Positions 18,304 to 27,424 of a DNA stretch of 56,363 nucleotides are shown here, in pieces. Both the position numbers and the translations under genes were made by a program. Location: positions 1-56,363 of the forward strand of contig CAZUFC010000049.1 of the NCBI GenBank assembly GCA_964619725.1, given 5' to 3'. The notes under the pieces are model-generated. The model was not told the origin of the DNA. It saw nothing but the letters and a program-made list of their open reading frames with translations, and searched no databases. Position 1 is the stretch's first letter. Each line of letters opens with the position of its first letter. The DNA is from an uncultured bacterium. Its GTDB lineage: Bacteria > CSSED10-310 > CAZUFC01.

Positions 18304-19836
18304 ATGAAGCGAGTTAATGTTTTAGCGGTTTTGAGTTTTTGTTTGGGTTTGATCTGTGCGGAGGATTACGTGCGGGCCGGCAGCGGATTTGGAGACGGAG
18401 CGGACGGACCGTTGACGATTTCGGCTGCGGGTTCTGTCGTAAATGATTACACTTATTTGACAGGGAATGAGAACGCGGGCGATGATGTCATTACCGTCGC
18501 TGATGCTTCTGCTTTTTCTGCCGGGGACGAGATAATGATCATTCAGGTGCAGGACGGAGCGGGCACAGGAGTTGCCGGACAATATGAATTTGCAGACATT
18601 GAGGAGGTAACGGGCAATGATATTGTTCTGGAAACGGCTTTGACGAATGATTACGGTTCGGGAACATTCGATGCATCAGCATCGTCAGCGGCCCAGGCGA
18701 TACGGGTACCGAATTATACGACCGTTAATGTTCTTTCCGGGGGATCGATGACCTGTTCCGGCTGGAACGGGCGAACCGGCGGCGTTGTCGTATTTCGGGC
18801 AATGAGCTCTTTGACTTTTTCAGGCGATGCGACGATTGATGTTACAGGCAAGGGTTACCGCGGCGGAGAGATGAATTATGTGCATTTAAGTATCGGCCGG
18901 CAGGGTGAATCATACGAAGGGACCGGCGAAAAGAGCTCATCGAATAACAACGGCGGCGGAGGCGGCGGATACGGAATCAGCAACATGGAACAAAGCGGCG
19001 CGGGGGGCGGTTATGGAACCGTTGGAACATCACAGCCTTGCGGCGGATGGTGCTGCAGTCTGGGTCAGCCCACAGCCGTAGGCGGTGAAGCTTACGGCGA
19101 CGGTTTTCTTGCCTTGCTTTTTTTCGGTTCGGGAGGAGGCGCGGGCAGCCTGGATGAAGAGGGCGAAGGAGCCGGCGGCTCTGGGGGCGCCGGCGGCGGC
19201 ATTATATACGTCGCAGCCCCGGTAGTTTCCGGGGGAACATTTTCCGCTGCAGGGCAGGACGGAACTCCAGCCTTGGACCCTCCGCCGGGCTCGAATGAAG
19301 CCATGTCGGGCGGCGGCGGAGCCGGCGGCTCGGTATACGTCTTGTCGATGAATCAAGGCGCAGCCATAAACATATCAGGCGGCGCTGGAGGCGGTTACTG
19401 CCCGGGAGCATGCTATACCGCAGGCGACGGAGACGGCGGGCAAGGCCGTTATCTGACGTCTCAACCACCGACTCAAACGCCCACTGCTTCACCGACGGTC
19501 TCGCCGACTTACACGCCCACCTCATCGCATACCCGTTCACCGACTCAAACGCCCACCTTAACGCTAACATCCTCACCGACTCGAACTCCTACCGGAGTTC
19601 CCACCGATTCACCGACCTTTTCCCCGACTTTAACTCAAACATTTTCTCCCACATCGGTACCGACATCCTTGCCGACTCATACAATAACTCCAACACTCAC
19701 GGTCTCTCCGAATCACTCCACCCCCACGAATTCGCCTTCGCCAACCCAGGCCGTCATTCCCGCCGCCGGGTTTCCGGCCCTTTCTCTTATGATTTTTTTC
19801 ACTACCCTTTGCATAATATTCGGTCGACAACGTTGA
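18304..19836 (+). CDS. Secreted Gly-rich adhesin-like protein with P/T/S linker and IPTL-CTERM-like tail
   Basis: Likely start MKRVNVL at 18304 (ORF open from 18244); signal peptide; GGGGG-rich domain; ends VIPAAGFPALSLMIFFTTLCIIFGRQR. Confidence 0.8.
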   Translation: MKRVNVLAVLSFCLGLICAEDYVRAGSGFGDGADGPLTISAAGSVVNDYTYLTGNENAGDDVITVADASAFSAGDEIMIIQVQDGAGTGVAGQYEFADIEEVTGNDIVLETALTNDYGSGTFDASASSAAQAIRVPNYTTVNVLSGGSMTCSGWNGRTGGVVVFRAMSSLTFSGDATIDVTGKGYRGGEMNYVHLSIGRQGESYEGTGEKSSSNNNGGGGGGYGISNMEQSGAGGGYGTVGTSQPCGGWCCSLGQPTAVGGEAYGDGFLALLFFGSGGGAGSLDEEGEGAGGSGGAGGGIIYVAAPVVSGGTFSAAGQDGTPALDPPPGSNEAMSGGGGAGGSVYVLSMNQGAAINISGGAGGGYCPGACYTAGDGDGGQGRYLTSQPPTQTPTASPTVSPTYTPTSSHTRSPTQTPTLTLTSSPTRTPTGVPTDSPTFSPTLTQTFSPTSVPTSLPTHTITPTLTVSPNHSTPTNSPSPTQAVIPAAGFPALSLMIFFTTLCIIFGRQR

Positions 19837-19840
19837 ACCG

Positions 19841-19915
19841 GTCTCTGTCCATAAACGGTGAGTTTTCCCTAATGAGCGTAGGCCTGTCCTTTTACTCAGT
19901 CAACGTATAAGCAAT
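19841..19915 (-). mobile_element. MITE-like family B, diverged partial B2 module
   Basis: GTCTCTGTCCATAAACGGTGAGTTTTCCCTAAT...CTCAGTCAACGTATAAGCAAT matches the reverse complement of ~49645-49719. Confidence 0.7.
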
Positions 19916-19970
19916 CCGCACACGACATATCGTGGTGAACGGAAACCGACAATGTTTTCTTAAATACATA

Positions 19971-20006
19971 GAGGACTGAAAAATAAATTTCGTTTTTTCA
20001 GCCCTC
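19971..20006. terminator. Possible terminator hairpin between convergent genes
   Basis: GAGGACTGAAAAA...TTTTTCAGCCCTC imperfect stem. Confidence 0.45.
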
Positions 20007-20038
20007 AGTAAAAAGTCAAAAACAAATAATTTAGAAAC

Positions 20039-21118
20039 CTAGTCTGCCCAACTGAATTCCCATGAGTCGATATTGCCGATGACAGTTGTTACGGGTTGGT
20101 TCGTCAAGGCGGCGTACCAGGCTACATTGGAAGCGGCGCCGGCTCCGTACGGCCAGGTAAAAGACGAGAGTACTTGTATTTCAGTTTCGCCCGGTCCGAA
20201 AGATATTGCATAATTATCATGGTAATTGTTGAAGGACGGTGCGAAGTAATATTCGCCGAATACATCAAGAATTACAAACAGAGGATTATTTGTGAGGGAT
20301 TGGCCGCTTGAATTGTCGACGGTAACCAGACATAAACATTCATCGCCGGGATAGAACATATGGGACGGCATCCATAGACTGACGTCAACCGAACCAGTGT
20401 TTGAAGCAAATTCAAGAACAGTTTCTCCGTAATTATCCCACAGGCTGCTGGTTTCATCAGCAAAGAAGGCGAAGATGGAGCCGCCTTCGGCGTTAATGGT
20501 TATAGAGCTGTTATTGGGTACCGAAGTCATAACTATTGTGCCGTCCGGTTCAGGATAATAGAGAAACGTTCCGCTGTAAGCCTGATCGTTACCCTGATAG
20601 GCTGTACCTGTGGAGGAAACCGTATAGGTTCCGCTGCCGGAACTCAGCGTGATGTACGCTCCCTCCGAACGATCGACTGCATGCGTATCAGCATAAATAT
20701 CGAAACTTTCCGGACTATATCCGGATTTCTCAAAAGCAAGAGTAGTGTGACCTGAATTATCCCATGTGCTGCCCATTTCATCAGCAAAAAATGCATAAAG
20801 CGAACCGCCCTCAGCATATATTTCAATCGAACCATTGTTCGGTACAGACGTCAAAACAATTGTCCCATCGGGCTCCGGATAATACAGAAATGTTGCGCTG
20901 TATTCCTGTCCGCCACCCTGATACGCAGTTCCTGATGAAGTTACGGTGTAAATTCCTTCACCGGCTGCTAAATTTATTGCTTTGCCGTCTGATCTGTTCA
21001 CCACGTGCTCGTCTGCTCTGACGGTGAAGCTTTGAGAAGCATAAGCGTCCAAAGCGCCGATCATTAAAATGCATGCGAAAATTACTGAAATTTTCGATAA
21101 TCCCTTAATTAACGTCAT
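20039..21118 (-). CDS. Secreted protein with two tandem ~105-aa domains and the conserved C-terminal domain
   Basis: GGAGG RBS; signal peptide (AYA); GTAYQG...TFLYYPEPDGTIV.TSVPNN...AFFADE...WDN occurs twice. Confidence 0.85.
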   Translation of the reverse strand: MTLIKGLSKISVIFACILMIGALDAYASQSFTVRADEHVVNRSDGKAINLAAGEGIYTVTSSGTAYQGGGQEYSATFLYYPEPDGTIVLTSVPNNGSIEIYAEGGSLYAFFADEMGSTWDNSGHTTLAFEKSGYSPESFDIYADTHAVDRSEGAYITLSSGSGTYTVSSTGTAYQGNDQAYSGTFLYYPEPDGTIVMTSVPNNSSITINAEGGSIFAFFADETSSLWDNYGETVLEFASNTGSVDVSLWMPSHMFYPGDECLCLVTVDNSSGQSLTNNPLFVILDVFGEYYFAPSFNNYHDNYAISFGPGETEIQVLSSFTWPYGAGAASNVAWYAALTNQPVTTVIGNIDSWEFSWAD

Positions 21119-21242
21119 TCAAGACCTCCTTATTAATTTTCCGTCTTTTGAAAATCAGAATTTTTTTCCTGACAGGAAAAGCGTAAAGTTCATATTCGCG
21201 AAAAGAAAACAACGTTCAAGAACCGGTCCTGACTGTTTATCA

Positions 21243-21380
21243 ATCAATAATTATGCCAAATAGTCATTATTTATGGAATGATTGTTTTACAATAAATTGA
21301 AGACTTTTCATGAATCATCGGCACACTTGCGGTATAACCGAAAAGTAAAAATTGCCCAAACAGTCATTACCGAAAAGTAA
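21243..21380 (-). promoter_or_regulatory. Putative sigma54 promoter with two upstream activator sites
   Basis: Minus strand TGGCATAATTATTGAT (GG-N10-GA) at 21243-21258; T(A/T)ACCGAAAAGTAA at 21335-21348 and 21367-21380; adjacent to a sigma54 activator gene. Confidence 0.5.
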
Positions 21381-21393
21381 CTTTTTAATTCCT

Positions 21394-21415
21394 GGGAACT
21401 GATCAAACGGGAGGC
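21394..21415 (-). repeat. Isolated family A terminus
   Basis: GGGAACTGATCAAACGGGAGG resembles GGGACTGATCAAACCGGGG. Confidence 0.45.
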
Positions 21416-21577
21416 ACGATTTTTTCCTGTCTTTTTACTTTTATCCGTGATCGGTGTTGTCCGCGCCATCCTTGGTATACAGGTAATCCAATTTTGAATC
21501 GTCGTCAGCGTCGGCGACAGCGGGGGTTCAGGTCACTTCGGAAAAGCCAGGCAGACGGACATTCAACCAGGTTCGGT

Positions 21578-23527
21578 TTAATCTTTCAACCCGTATTTTT
21601 GCACTCTCGTTCGCGTTTCTTTTTCGCTCACACCCAGAAGGCGTGAAGCTTGTCGCACATTGCCCCCGGTTTGTTTTAACGCAGAGATAATACGTTTCCG
21701 TTCCAGGGTCTGGACTTCCTCTTTCAGTGAATAGCATTCCGTAAAATGAAAAACTTCGTCTGTCGGCAGGGAAGGTTTTGAAATTTTTCCGCCGACGGCG
21801 TCGAAAGCATCCATAACGTCTTTTGCAGCTACGAAAGAAGCTTTGCGAAGTCCGGCGAAACTGACTGCCACGCACAGCGTTTGTTCCAGTTCCCTGATGT
21901 TTCCGTCCCATTTTTTCTGCTGCAGCAGCTCTAATGCATCATTTTGGATATGATTTATCCCGTATGCGCTGCCGAAATTTTCGGTGAAGTTCCGGCCGAG
22001 TTTTGGAATGTCTTCGTGCCGCTCTTCCAAAGTGGGAATTTCCAGGCAGAAGCCTTTCAAGCGGTAGAACAGTTCTCTGCTTATAGGAGCATCATTGCTT
22101 TTCAGTTCTGCCAGCCTTTTTCCGGATGCTGAAATAACACGTGCGTTGAAAGGAAGCCGGTGGTTTTCGCCGCCGACCCGCTGGAAACTGCGTTCCTGGA
22201 GAACCCGCAACAGTTTACCCTGAAATTCCGGCTTCAGCTTATCGATTTCATCCAGGAACAGGGTTCCGTCCTGCGACAGCTCGAATATCCCTTGACGTTC
22301 AGCAACTCCGGTAGCGACGTTCTTTTCAATGCCGAACCAGTGAGAATCGATCAGGTCGTCTGTCCCGAGAGCGCAATTCCAGGCGATGAATTCGCCTGTT
22401 CGTCCTAAGTTGTTTCGGGAGGTATTGTGTATTTCACGGGCGACCAACTCTTTTCCCGTACCAGTATCGCCGATGATCATCACCGGGGTGATGTTGCGGT
22501 CTTTGCCTGCCGCCACGATGCGATGACGCAGGGCTCTCATCTCAGAACTGTCGCCGATAATGATCCTGGAAGAGGCGCCCGCAGCAGACAAAGAATTTCT
22601 GACGGTCAATTCATTTAGTTGAAGGATTAAATTGATCTGAGCGACTATGCTCTGGTAAAGCTCCGCAACTATCCGGTTTCTTCGATAAACCAAGGAACCT
22701 GACGGCGCTTCCAGATACAGATACCCCTGCTCTCGCTCGAACGCCGGCAACGTTTTCAAACTCATAATTAACCCCGATTTTCGCGTTCCGGCGCTCCCGT
22801 AATGAAAGAGCAAAGGCCCTTCGGCTTCACCAGTTTTCTTTTTCAGGCCTGATGGAATAGTTATTTTTTCCGCATATTTATAACCATAATGGAAAATATG
22901 GTCTTCTGGCGTAACCTGCGTGACGATTTCAGGGTTCAGATACAAAAATCCCCGGCCAGAATTCGGATGCATGAATCGGCAGAGTTGTCGAGCCAGAAAG
23001 GGAAAAGCCGCCTGCAAGGGATTCAGCAACCCGGATGAGAAAAGTTCATGCTGGAGGAAATTTAATTGCTCCGTGTCATCATGATCGCTATGCAGGATTG
23101 AGGGTCTCAAGGTTCTGAGTCCATCCGGCATGATTCCCTGTTCTGCTTTTCCTTTTTCGTAATCTTCTACGGTCAGCTCATCCGCACTTTTTTCACGAAT
23201 CCGCAGAGAAAGCGGTTTAAAATATAAAAAAGCCGGCGTGTCAGGACCCAGAAAAAAAGTCGAGTCCAGTCCTATCCTGGTTTCTTTATAGGGTTCCAGC
23301 GCCCGGCAGACATCCGTTTCCAAAAATGTGCCGTTCGTGCTGTTGAGATCGGTCAATGATATCGAATCGCCCGCTCCGTTTATCCTCAATCGGGCGTGTT
23401 TGGAACTGACCGTAAACCAGGGAATGGAGATATCGCATGAACCATCTCGACCGATTATTATCATATCCTTCCTTAAAGGAATAACCATCGCTTCATTAAA
23501 GGGAGTTTTGACTATCAAGCGTATCAT
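21578..23527 (-). CDS. FHA-domain sigma54-dependent transcriptional activator
   Basis: FHA (IGR...VSSKHA...DLNSTNGTF); Walker A GDTGTGKE; Walker B FLDEI; WDGNIREL; Fis-type HTH. Likely start MIRLIVK at 23527 (ORF open from 23602). Confidence 0.9.
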   Translation of the reverse strand: MIRLIVKTPFNEAMVIPLRKDMIIIGRDGSCDISIPWFTVSSKHARLRINGAGDSISLTDLNSTNGTFLETDVCRALEPYKETRIGLDSTFFLGPDTPAFLYFKPLSLRIREKSADELTVEDYEKGKAEQGIMPDGLRTLRPSILHSDHDDTEQLNFLQHELFSSGLLNPLQAAFPFLARQLCRFMHPNSGRGFLYLNPEIVTQVTPEDHIFHYGYKYAEKITIPSGLKKKTGEAEGPLLFHYGSAGTRKSGLIMSLKTLPAFEREQGYLYLEAPSGSLVYRRNRIVAELYQSIVAQINLILQLNELTVRNSLSAAGASSRIIIGDSSEMRALRHRIVAAGKDRNITPVMIIGDTGTGKELVAREIHNTSRNNLGRTGEFIAWNCALGTDDLIDSHWFGIEKNVATGVAERQGIFELSQDGTLFLDEIDKLKPEFQGKLLRVLQERSFQRVGGENHRLPFNARVISASGKRLAELKSNDAPISRELFYRLKGFCLEIPTLEERHEDIPKLGRNFTENFGSAYGINHIQNDALELLQQKKWDGNIRELEQTLCVAVSFAGLRKASFVAAKDVMDAFDAVGGKISKPSLPTDEVFHFTECYSLKEEVQTLERKRIISALKQTGGNVRQASRLLGVSEKETRTRVQKYGLKD

Positions 23528-23613
23528 GAAGGCAGCCTCGCTTTCAAAAGCTACAAGGATAAATACTTCACTCAGTCTAAATGCAACAGACCTGTTTTTC
23601 AACTGAAAAGTTG

Positions 23614-23709
23614 GGGAAGAGGAGGGGGGAAGAATGGAAGGCGGGAAGGTTGGATGGGTGGAAGATTGGAAGGTTGGTAGAATGGGGTTGGTAGAGGGGA
23701 AGATCGGAA
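23614..23709 (+). repeat. Degenerate purine-rich 8-bp tandem array (GGAAG.NT)
   Basis: GGAAGAAT GGAAGGCG GGAAGGTT GGATGGGT GGAAGATT GGAAGGTT GGTAGAAT... Confidence 0.75.
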
Positions 23710-23928
23710 CCGGCGGTTTTTTTTGTAATGATGCGCTCGGAATCTGGATTGGTGCAAATTTTAAAAGAGCATTCGTCTTGAGACATTAAAAGAGTTCAGC
23801 CGGTTACGGCAGAAATTGAGTATGGTCTTGCGGTGTTGGATATAAGATCAAAATAGTATCATATTCTGTCTTAGAGAAACGCGTTTGCCGGCATCGTATC
23901 TGATGTCTTCTGTGTTCAATGCATGTTC

Positions 23929-24077
23929 GGGACTGATCAAACCGGGGTTAAACTTCTTTGAAAACTTTGGACAGTTTGTTTCAGTAATCGGGGTCGGTAT
24001 CGCAATCGCAATCGAAACAAAATGATGGAATTTTCTGTCGAATTGTAACCTCAAAAGACGTATTTTTGATCAATGCG
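23929..24077 (-). mobile_element. MITE-like family A, full-length with perfect 8-bp target duplication
   Basis: GCATGTTC at 23921-23928 and 24078-24085; termini GGGACTGATCAAA / TTTGATCAATGCG; 5 hexamer units. Confidence 0.9.
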
Positions 24078-24202
24078 GCATGTTCATGATGCAATCGGCG
24101 CTTGTTCTGGATTCCGTTCCATCAACCAATTAAGACTATGCGCCGGAATCTGCCGTGATGTTTTCTTCTTTTACCCGCTTTATGCTCCGATTTGCGGCAA
24201 TT

Positions 24203-27079
24203 TCAGATGCTCTCTTTCGCTATGGTTTCCCTGCCTGAATCGATGAGTTTTTCTACAGTCCTGATGATTTGTTCGATGGTTGTCCTGGATGGGGCGGGAG
24301 CTTCTTCGGGGTCCTCATCCTGATCGGGCGGAGCGGTAAGGTTTCTGATTCGTTCTATTTCGGCGGCTGTTTCCCTGTCTATTATATTTTTAGCGGTCAG
24401 TTTGCTTTCAATGATTCTGGCTGAAGGAACTTTGTCTTTTGTTTCAGCATCTTCATGAACGGCGATCATGGAAGTGACTGACCATCCTAATGCCTGTCTT
24501 AAAGGATTCATCGTTTCTTCCGGGAATCCTCCTGACATGAGCACGCCGGCGAGTTTCAGTTTTTTCTCTGCTGCGTCGAAACCCTGTCCCGCTTTTTTCA
24601 GTCTTTTTTCCCTGGCTTTTCGTTCTTTGTCTTCTGCAGATTGAGGTATTGCCGGAGCCTGGTAGCCTGCTTCCTGCGGCTCGATTTTTTCCAGTAGTCC
24701 GCCTGTCATAGCGGATAGCGCGCGGTAACCTTCCTGTTCCATAAGCAACAGTCCCGGAACGTTGCCGTTCTGGTAGTGTTGGTTGAGAAGTTTTTCCACT
24801 TCGGGGCGCATTTGAGCGGGGTCTTTATCGACGACAACCAGGACGTTGTGTCCGTCGGGCGCTCCCGGCAACTGAGGGGCTTTTCTTATCAGCATGATGC
24901 GTCCGGGATAACGTCCGACAAGTAAATCAGAGAATTCATCCAAAGTTGGAGCGGTTTTCCGCGCTTTTTCCGGTTTTTCCTCTTTTTCAGAGGGCGCCAG
25001 TTCCAGCTCCGCAGCCCCTTTCATCTTATCCCCGAGTATGACTTCGAGTCTCTGCAGTACGCTCTGGCCGGCGTTTTCAAATGATAAATCGATCACATCA
25101 CTTTCTGTCTGAAATGCGGCATCGAAAATGGCCCGTTTGGCAGCCAGCGTATCCAGCAGTTTTTCCTCGATCGTGCCCTTTGCAATCAGATTAACCACAT
25201 TAACGGGATTCCGCTGACCGTGGCGGTGAGCCCTGGCTATTCTCTGGTCAAGAACAGCGGGGTTCCAGGGCAGGTCCACATTGATGACCATACTCGCGGC
25301 CTGGAGATTCAAACCTACTCCGCCTGCGTCCGTAGAAAGGAATACTTTACATTGAGGAGATTCAAAGAACCGGTTGATTAACGCTCCCCGTTTTTTAGTC
25401 GGCACGCTGCCCGTCAGTTTCACCCAACCGATTTTAAGCTTATCCAGGACAGGTATAATCAATTCCAGCATACGGCTCCATTGACTGAAAATGATCGTCT
25501 TGTGCCCGTTACAGGCGACTTCTTCATCCAGAATTTCTTTGAGCTCTTTGATTTTGGGCGCGGTCTTTTCAATATCCTGCGGTTTTACTTCGTTGTCATG
25601 CAGGGCCAGAGCATTACAAATCAATCTCATCTTGATGAGGCATCCCAGGAGGACGTTGTGTTCCTGCGGAGTCAAAGGGCGGCGCTGAGCTTTCGACATA
25701 AGCTGAGCTACCGTCGTTTGGAATTCTGAATATGCGTTCATCTGCGGTTTCGTCATTTCCACGAAAAAATTGCTGTCGATTCTATCCGGCAGGTCCAGGC
25801 GCACTTCATCCCGTAAACGTCTAAGCACGTATGGAGATATGCGGCGACGCAACTGATCGAGGTTTTTGTAGCCTTTAACCTTGAAAGTGCCGGATTCTCG
25901 TCGTTCGACGTCGAAAAAATTGCGGTTGAATTGCCATAAAGGACCCAAAATAGTCGGATCGATAAACTGAAAAATGGAGTAAAGCTCATCCAGTCGGTTC
26001 TCCAGGGGAGTTCCCGTCAATACGAAGGCATAAGGACTTTCCAAACGCTTCACGCAATCTGCCGTTTTCGTTCTCCAATTCTTGATCCGTTGCGCTTCAT
26101 CGAGGATAACGAGGTCGATCTCCTGCTTTTTGATCTCTTCCAGGTCGCGTCGAATCAATTCGTAGTTGACTACGTTGAAAAACTTTGAACGACGATACAG
26201 CGCGCGCCTCATCAACTGATTTCCCTCAAGCGCCTGGACCGATAAAGAGGTAAACCGCCTTATTTCGCGAGCCCATTGATGCTTCAGGGAGGCCGGCGTC
26301 ACGATGAGAACCCGCTTTATGTCCCTTAATTGCTTCAGCAGAACTGCCGCGGCTATGGCCTGAACGGTTTTTCCCAGGCCCATGTCGTCGGCGAGCATGG
26401 CGCGGCGTCCGAAGGCCAGGTGACTGACCCCTTCCTCCTGAAAACCGTACAGCGGCGTGGAAAGTAAATTCAATGATTGACGCCCGCTTTTCACCTGGTC
26501 CAGAAACCATACCTTCTGCCTTTCGATACGTTCTATATCCTGCTGATTCTTTAAATAACCCATCACTGCCGGTTCGACATGCACCTGATCCCGGTAATTT
26601 GCCTTCAAATCATCCAATTCCGACAACAATGCGGGCAGGCTCTGCGTAATCTTGCCCTGCAGTATGCCTTCAGGATCGAAATAACGACTTATCAGTTTAT
26701 TTAATACGGCCGCTTTCGGCAGAGGCAGAGTCACCCGGATGGTGGTTTCCTCCGCATGTCGAATATAAACTTGCGTTACCGGCGGCGCCTGTGAAATAAA
26801 AGAGTTCCATTTGCGGGTATATTTCTTTTTCAGTCCAGCCAGAACCCCTTCTATGTGTTTGCAGGTCCCCACTCCGCCCGCATGATAATCCGCACACGTG
26901 CATGAATTCAGCCGCTCGGTGAGTGACCGGATTCTTACCGTATAAATCCTGTCGGAATAAGATTTCGTTTCGAATACGCTGTAAACCGGATGCGAGCCCT
27001 TGTTGGTTATTTTCGCTATGTCTTCCTCGCCTCGCTTCCGGCGTCGTTCAATTTGAGTTTTCAACGCCAGGTCCATCAT
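24203..27079 (-). CDS. SWIM zinc-finger SNF2-family helicase with C-terminal extension
   Basis: CTC...CKH (SWIM); LADDMGLGKT, DEAQ, LTGTPLEN, GLNLQ and WNPAVLDQRIARAHR; GGGAGG RBS. Confidence 0.92.
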   Translation of the reverse strand: MMDLALKTQIERRRKRGEEDIAKITNKGSHPVYSVFETKSYSDRIYTVRIRSLTERLNSCTCADYHAGGVGTCKHIEGVLAGLKKKYTRKWNSFISQAPPVTQVYIRHAEETTIRVTLPLPKAAVLNKLISRYFDPEGILQGKITQSLPALLSELDDLKANYRDQVHVEPAVMGYLKNQQDIERIERQKVWFLDQVKSGRQSLNLLSTPLYGFQEEGVSHLAFGRRAMLADDMGLGKTVQAIAAAVLLKQLRDIKRVLIVTPASLKHQWAREIRRFTSLSVQALEGNQLMRRALYRRSKFFNVVNYELIRRDLEEIKKQEIDLVILDEAQRIKNWRTKTADCVKRLESPYAFVLTGTPLENRLDELYSIFQFIDPTILGPLWQFNRNFFDVERRESGTFKVKGYKNLDQLRRRISPYVLRRLRDEVRLDLPDRIDSNFFVEMTKPQMNAYSEFQTTVAQLMSKAQRRPLTPQEHNVLLGCLIKMRLICNALALHDNEVKPQDIEKTAPKIKELKEILDEEVACNGHKTIIFSQWSRMLELIIPVLDKLKIGWVKLTGSVPTKKRGALINRFFESPQCKVFLSTDAGGVGLNLQAASMVINVDLPWNPAVLDQRIARAHRHGQRNPVNVVNLIAKGTIEEKLLDTLAAKRAIFDAAFQTESDVIDLSFENAGQSVLQRLEVILGDKMKGAAELELAPSEKEEKPEKARKTAPTLDEFSDLLVGRYPGRIMLIRKAPQLPGAPDGHNVLVVVDKDPAQMRPEVEKLLNQHYQNGNVPGLLLMEQEGYRALSAMTGGLLEKIEPQEAGYQAPAIPQSAEDKERKAREKRLKKAGQGFDAAEKKLKLAGVLMSGGFPEETMNPLRQALGWSVTSMIAVHEDAETKDKVPSARIIESKLTAKNIIDRETAAEIERIRNLTAPPDQDEDPEEAPAPSRTTIEQIIRTVEKLIDSGRETIAKESI

Positions 27080-27170
27080 GACTTTTTCCCTCCCATAATG
27101 ATCAAGAATCCCACGTCTGGATTAGGGGGTCATTTTACGGGTTTTCTTGTTTTTGTAAATACATTTTTTC

Positions 27171-27328
27171 AGGACTGATCAAACCTGGGTTACTACTTTA
27201 AAAACTTTTGACAATTTGTTTCAGTAATCGGAGTCGTTATCGGGATCGAAATCGCAATCGAAATCGAAACAAAATATGGGATATTCTGTCGAATTGTAAC
27301 ATCAAAAGACGCTTTTTTGATCAATGCC
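27171..27328 (-). mobile_element. MITE-like family A, full-length
   Basis: AGGACTGATCAAA...TTTGATCAATGCC; flanks ATTTTTTC / ATTTTATG (6/8); 7 hexamer units. Confidence 0.85.
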
Positions 27329-27424
27329 ATTTTATGAATTGAGTTTGCCGACAAATACAGGTATATTCTAATATCCGTGAATGGAGGAAACTGAGTTTTC
27401 ATCAAGGCAGCAGGCAGTCATCAA

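Noticed and set aside
23929-27328. Composite transposon carrying the SNF2 gene between two co-oriented family A copies
   Set aside because: Each copy has its own flanking duplication and the outer flanks (GCATGTTC vs ATTTTATG) differ, which indicates independent insertions.
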